64,000 bases of DNA. Origin: Eledone cirrhosa. Its lineage: Eukaryota. The stretch's first letter is position 1. Each line of letters opens with the position of its first letter. The stretch spans positions 36,952,001 through 37,016,000 of the forward strand of contig OZ024757.1 in assembly GCA_964016885.1 (NCBI GenBank), written 5' to 3'. Positions 62,019 to 64,000 of the stretch are shown here, in pieces. The notes under the pieces are model-generated. The model worked only from the letters and a program-made list of their open reading frames with translations, was not told the DNA's origin and searched no databases. The position numbers and the translations under genes were made by a program.

Positions 62019-62076
62019 TTCATTCTGAGGATTGAAAGCAAAACCTTTTGCTTTTAAGAAACCACTGGTAAATGGA
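62019..62076 (+). ncRNA. Type I hammerhead ribozyme (intact core)
   Basis: Stem I CATT/AATG; core CTGAGGA; stem II TTGAAAGCAAA-acct-TTTGCTTTTAA; GAA; stem III ACC-act-GGT; GUA cleavage triplet ending at 62070. Confidence 0.8.
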
Positions 62077-62181
62077 ATAATTGCCTTATGTTGTTTATTA
62101 CATAATAATAATAATTAAGCTCTGTTGCCTACATAGAGCACCCTTTTTTCCTGGACTTTTCCGATGGAATTACTTCATTCA

Positions 62182-62221
<40 letters not shown>

Positions 62222-64000
62222 TATATATATATTTAAAAGGAAAAGTTGTACCTCCAAAGGTACAACTTTGCTTTTAGGCTTGCTGAATCCCAGACTATTG
62301 TATAATCATTTATAGTGCTTCTGAAGATGTATGATACTTTCTTCTACTCAGTATTATACATCTTTAAATAAATTAGAATAACATACATACACACAAACAT
62401 ATACTGCCCTACAAACACACATACGACACACACACACACACATGCACTCTCTCCCATACTTACACACACATGTAAAGACAGACATACACACAGGCTTGTA
62501 ACTATCGTCTGCTGACTAAAACACGAATACTTCTACCGGAAGTTTACGATTTTATTTTACGTTTACTTCGTTATTAATGTTTTATTATAAAGTTTTATTA
62601 TAATGTTTTATTATAAAGTTGAGGATGTAATTATTGCGAATACATTGATGTTTTAATGTCGGGATTTATTTATTTATTTATCTTGTTGAAGATATTTTTA
62701 CCCGCCGAAGTAGGGACTTGGTGTAGTTCTGTTTGTTTATAGATTACCTCCACTTCGACTATAAAATTGGTCTGACTTTGCACACCCGCAATTTCAGAGA
62801 GTGTTTATGTTGGTTGGTGAGAAAGAGAGAAAGGAGACAGTGTGGCGGTAGGAGGGGGTCAGATGTGAAGAGTGAGAGGGAGAGAAAGGCATAGAAATAC
62901 ACTGGAGATGCAGAGAGAGAGAGGCAAACAGATAGACAGAGAGGGATGTTGAGAGAATAGAAGGTAATGCGGAGAGAGGGAGTGAAGGGGAGACAAAGAG
63001 AGAGAACAAGAGGAACAATAAGAGAAAGAAGGGTTTGAGAATAAGAAAGAGAAAGAGAGGGAAGTAGAAAAAGCAGAATAAGTGAGTGGGGGAAACAAAA
63101 ATAGAGAGAAAGACTATAGGAGGGAAACGGCGACAGAGAGAATGAGACGAAGAAGGAAGGGGGGAGAGAGAGAAAGAGAGAGTAAAGGCTGTGTGAGAGA
63201 AAGAGCCGGCAACACGAGAGAGAACGAACAGGCTGTGTGAGAGGGGAAAGAAAGAGAGAGAGTAAGACAGTAAGTAAACGAAAGGGAGTTAGTTGAAAGT
63301 TATGTTGTATTTAAATGGAAGAAAACCAGACACACAATATAAAATGTTAAACACGATATTAGAAAAATATTTTTGTAAATAGGACAATAATTTATAAACA
63401 TACATATATACCTAAATATATACATGTGTTTACAGCTTTATTTATATATATATATACACACTTGTAACTGTCGTCTGCCAAACAACACGAATACTTTTAC
63501 CGGAAATTCACGACGGTTAGGTTTTCATTTTAATTTTTCTTTGTTATTCTTCATTATAAAATTGTGAATGTAATTATGGCGAATACATTGATGTTTTATA
63601 GTCGGATTTTATTAATCTATTTATCTTGTTCGAAATATATTTACCCGGTAGAGCGCCTAAGTAAGGACTTTGTGTCTGTCTATTCTGCCCCCCCCTCTCT
63701 CTCTACCTTTTGTCCCTCTCTCTTTCGCTCTTACTCTGTCTTTCTCCCCCCTCTCTTTCAAATTATCTCCCCTTTGACTGTAAAATTCCTCTAATTTGCA
63801 CACACGCAATTTTATTCCGGCTACCAGAGCAACAGTGTCATCGATAATAACAGCAAAAGTATTGAATGTATTTAATTTTTAGAGACTAGGTTTGATATGT
63901 ATTGATCTCAATGGCCTCCATATCTCTCTTCACAATGTCCTTGTATCGCAGCGGAAGTCGGCTAGTGGCTTTCTTTCTAGAGGCCAGCTCCCCATACAAG

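Larger units (their letters stand above)
61818..62185. mobile_element. Palindromic hammerhead-bearing element inside a (TA)n tract (Penelope-like/retrozyme-type, non-autonomous)
   Basis: Near-perfect inverted arms of ~135 bp spanning 61818-62113, plus a ~70 bp tail, flanked by TA repeats. Absent from the paralogous TA tract at 58643-58690. Confidence 0.75.
55185..64000 (+). repeat. Tandem segmental duplication, units starting at ~55185, 58853 and 62381
   Basis: Near-identical blocks, e.g. ORFs 57176/60807, 55522/59189 and 56358/59985/63564. Confidence 0.92.

Overview
Eukaryotic, AT-rich, repeat-dense genomic DNA. The SINE/LINE repertoire, long (TA)n tracts and a C2H2-ZNF remnant suggest a cephalopod such as octopus (inference). 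(1) Positions 2487-39619 on + hold a myosin VI gene with 27 GT-AG coding exons that join in frame (3591 nt, 1196 aa plus stop). I did not find the first coding exon, which is probably upstream of the window. (2) Positions 47713-52171 on - hold a divergent PP2A catalytic-subunit gene: exons 2-7 are found, exon 1 is not, and the tail reads IPDFFL instead of TPDYFL. (3) Positions ~55185-64000 are a ~3.5-3.7 kb tandem segmental duplication that contains repeated copies of an unexplained module. Introns and intergenic DNA carry CR1, RTE, R4/Dong and CRE-like LINE fragments, SINEs, piggyBac-like MITEs, TE-derived minisatellites and a 3.1 kb (TA)n tract. The most striking signal is about a dozen type I hammerhead ribozyme motifs from several families, some with intact cores. 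They sit in small elements, mostly beside (TA)n tracts and often fold-back palindromes with a ribozyme on each strand, most like non-autonomous Penelope-like element/retrozyme derivatives. All folds were read by eye, and comparisons with human proteins are from memory.
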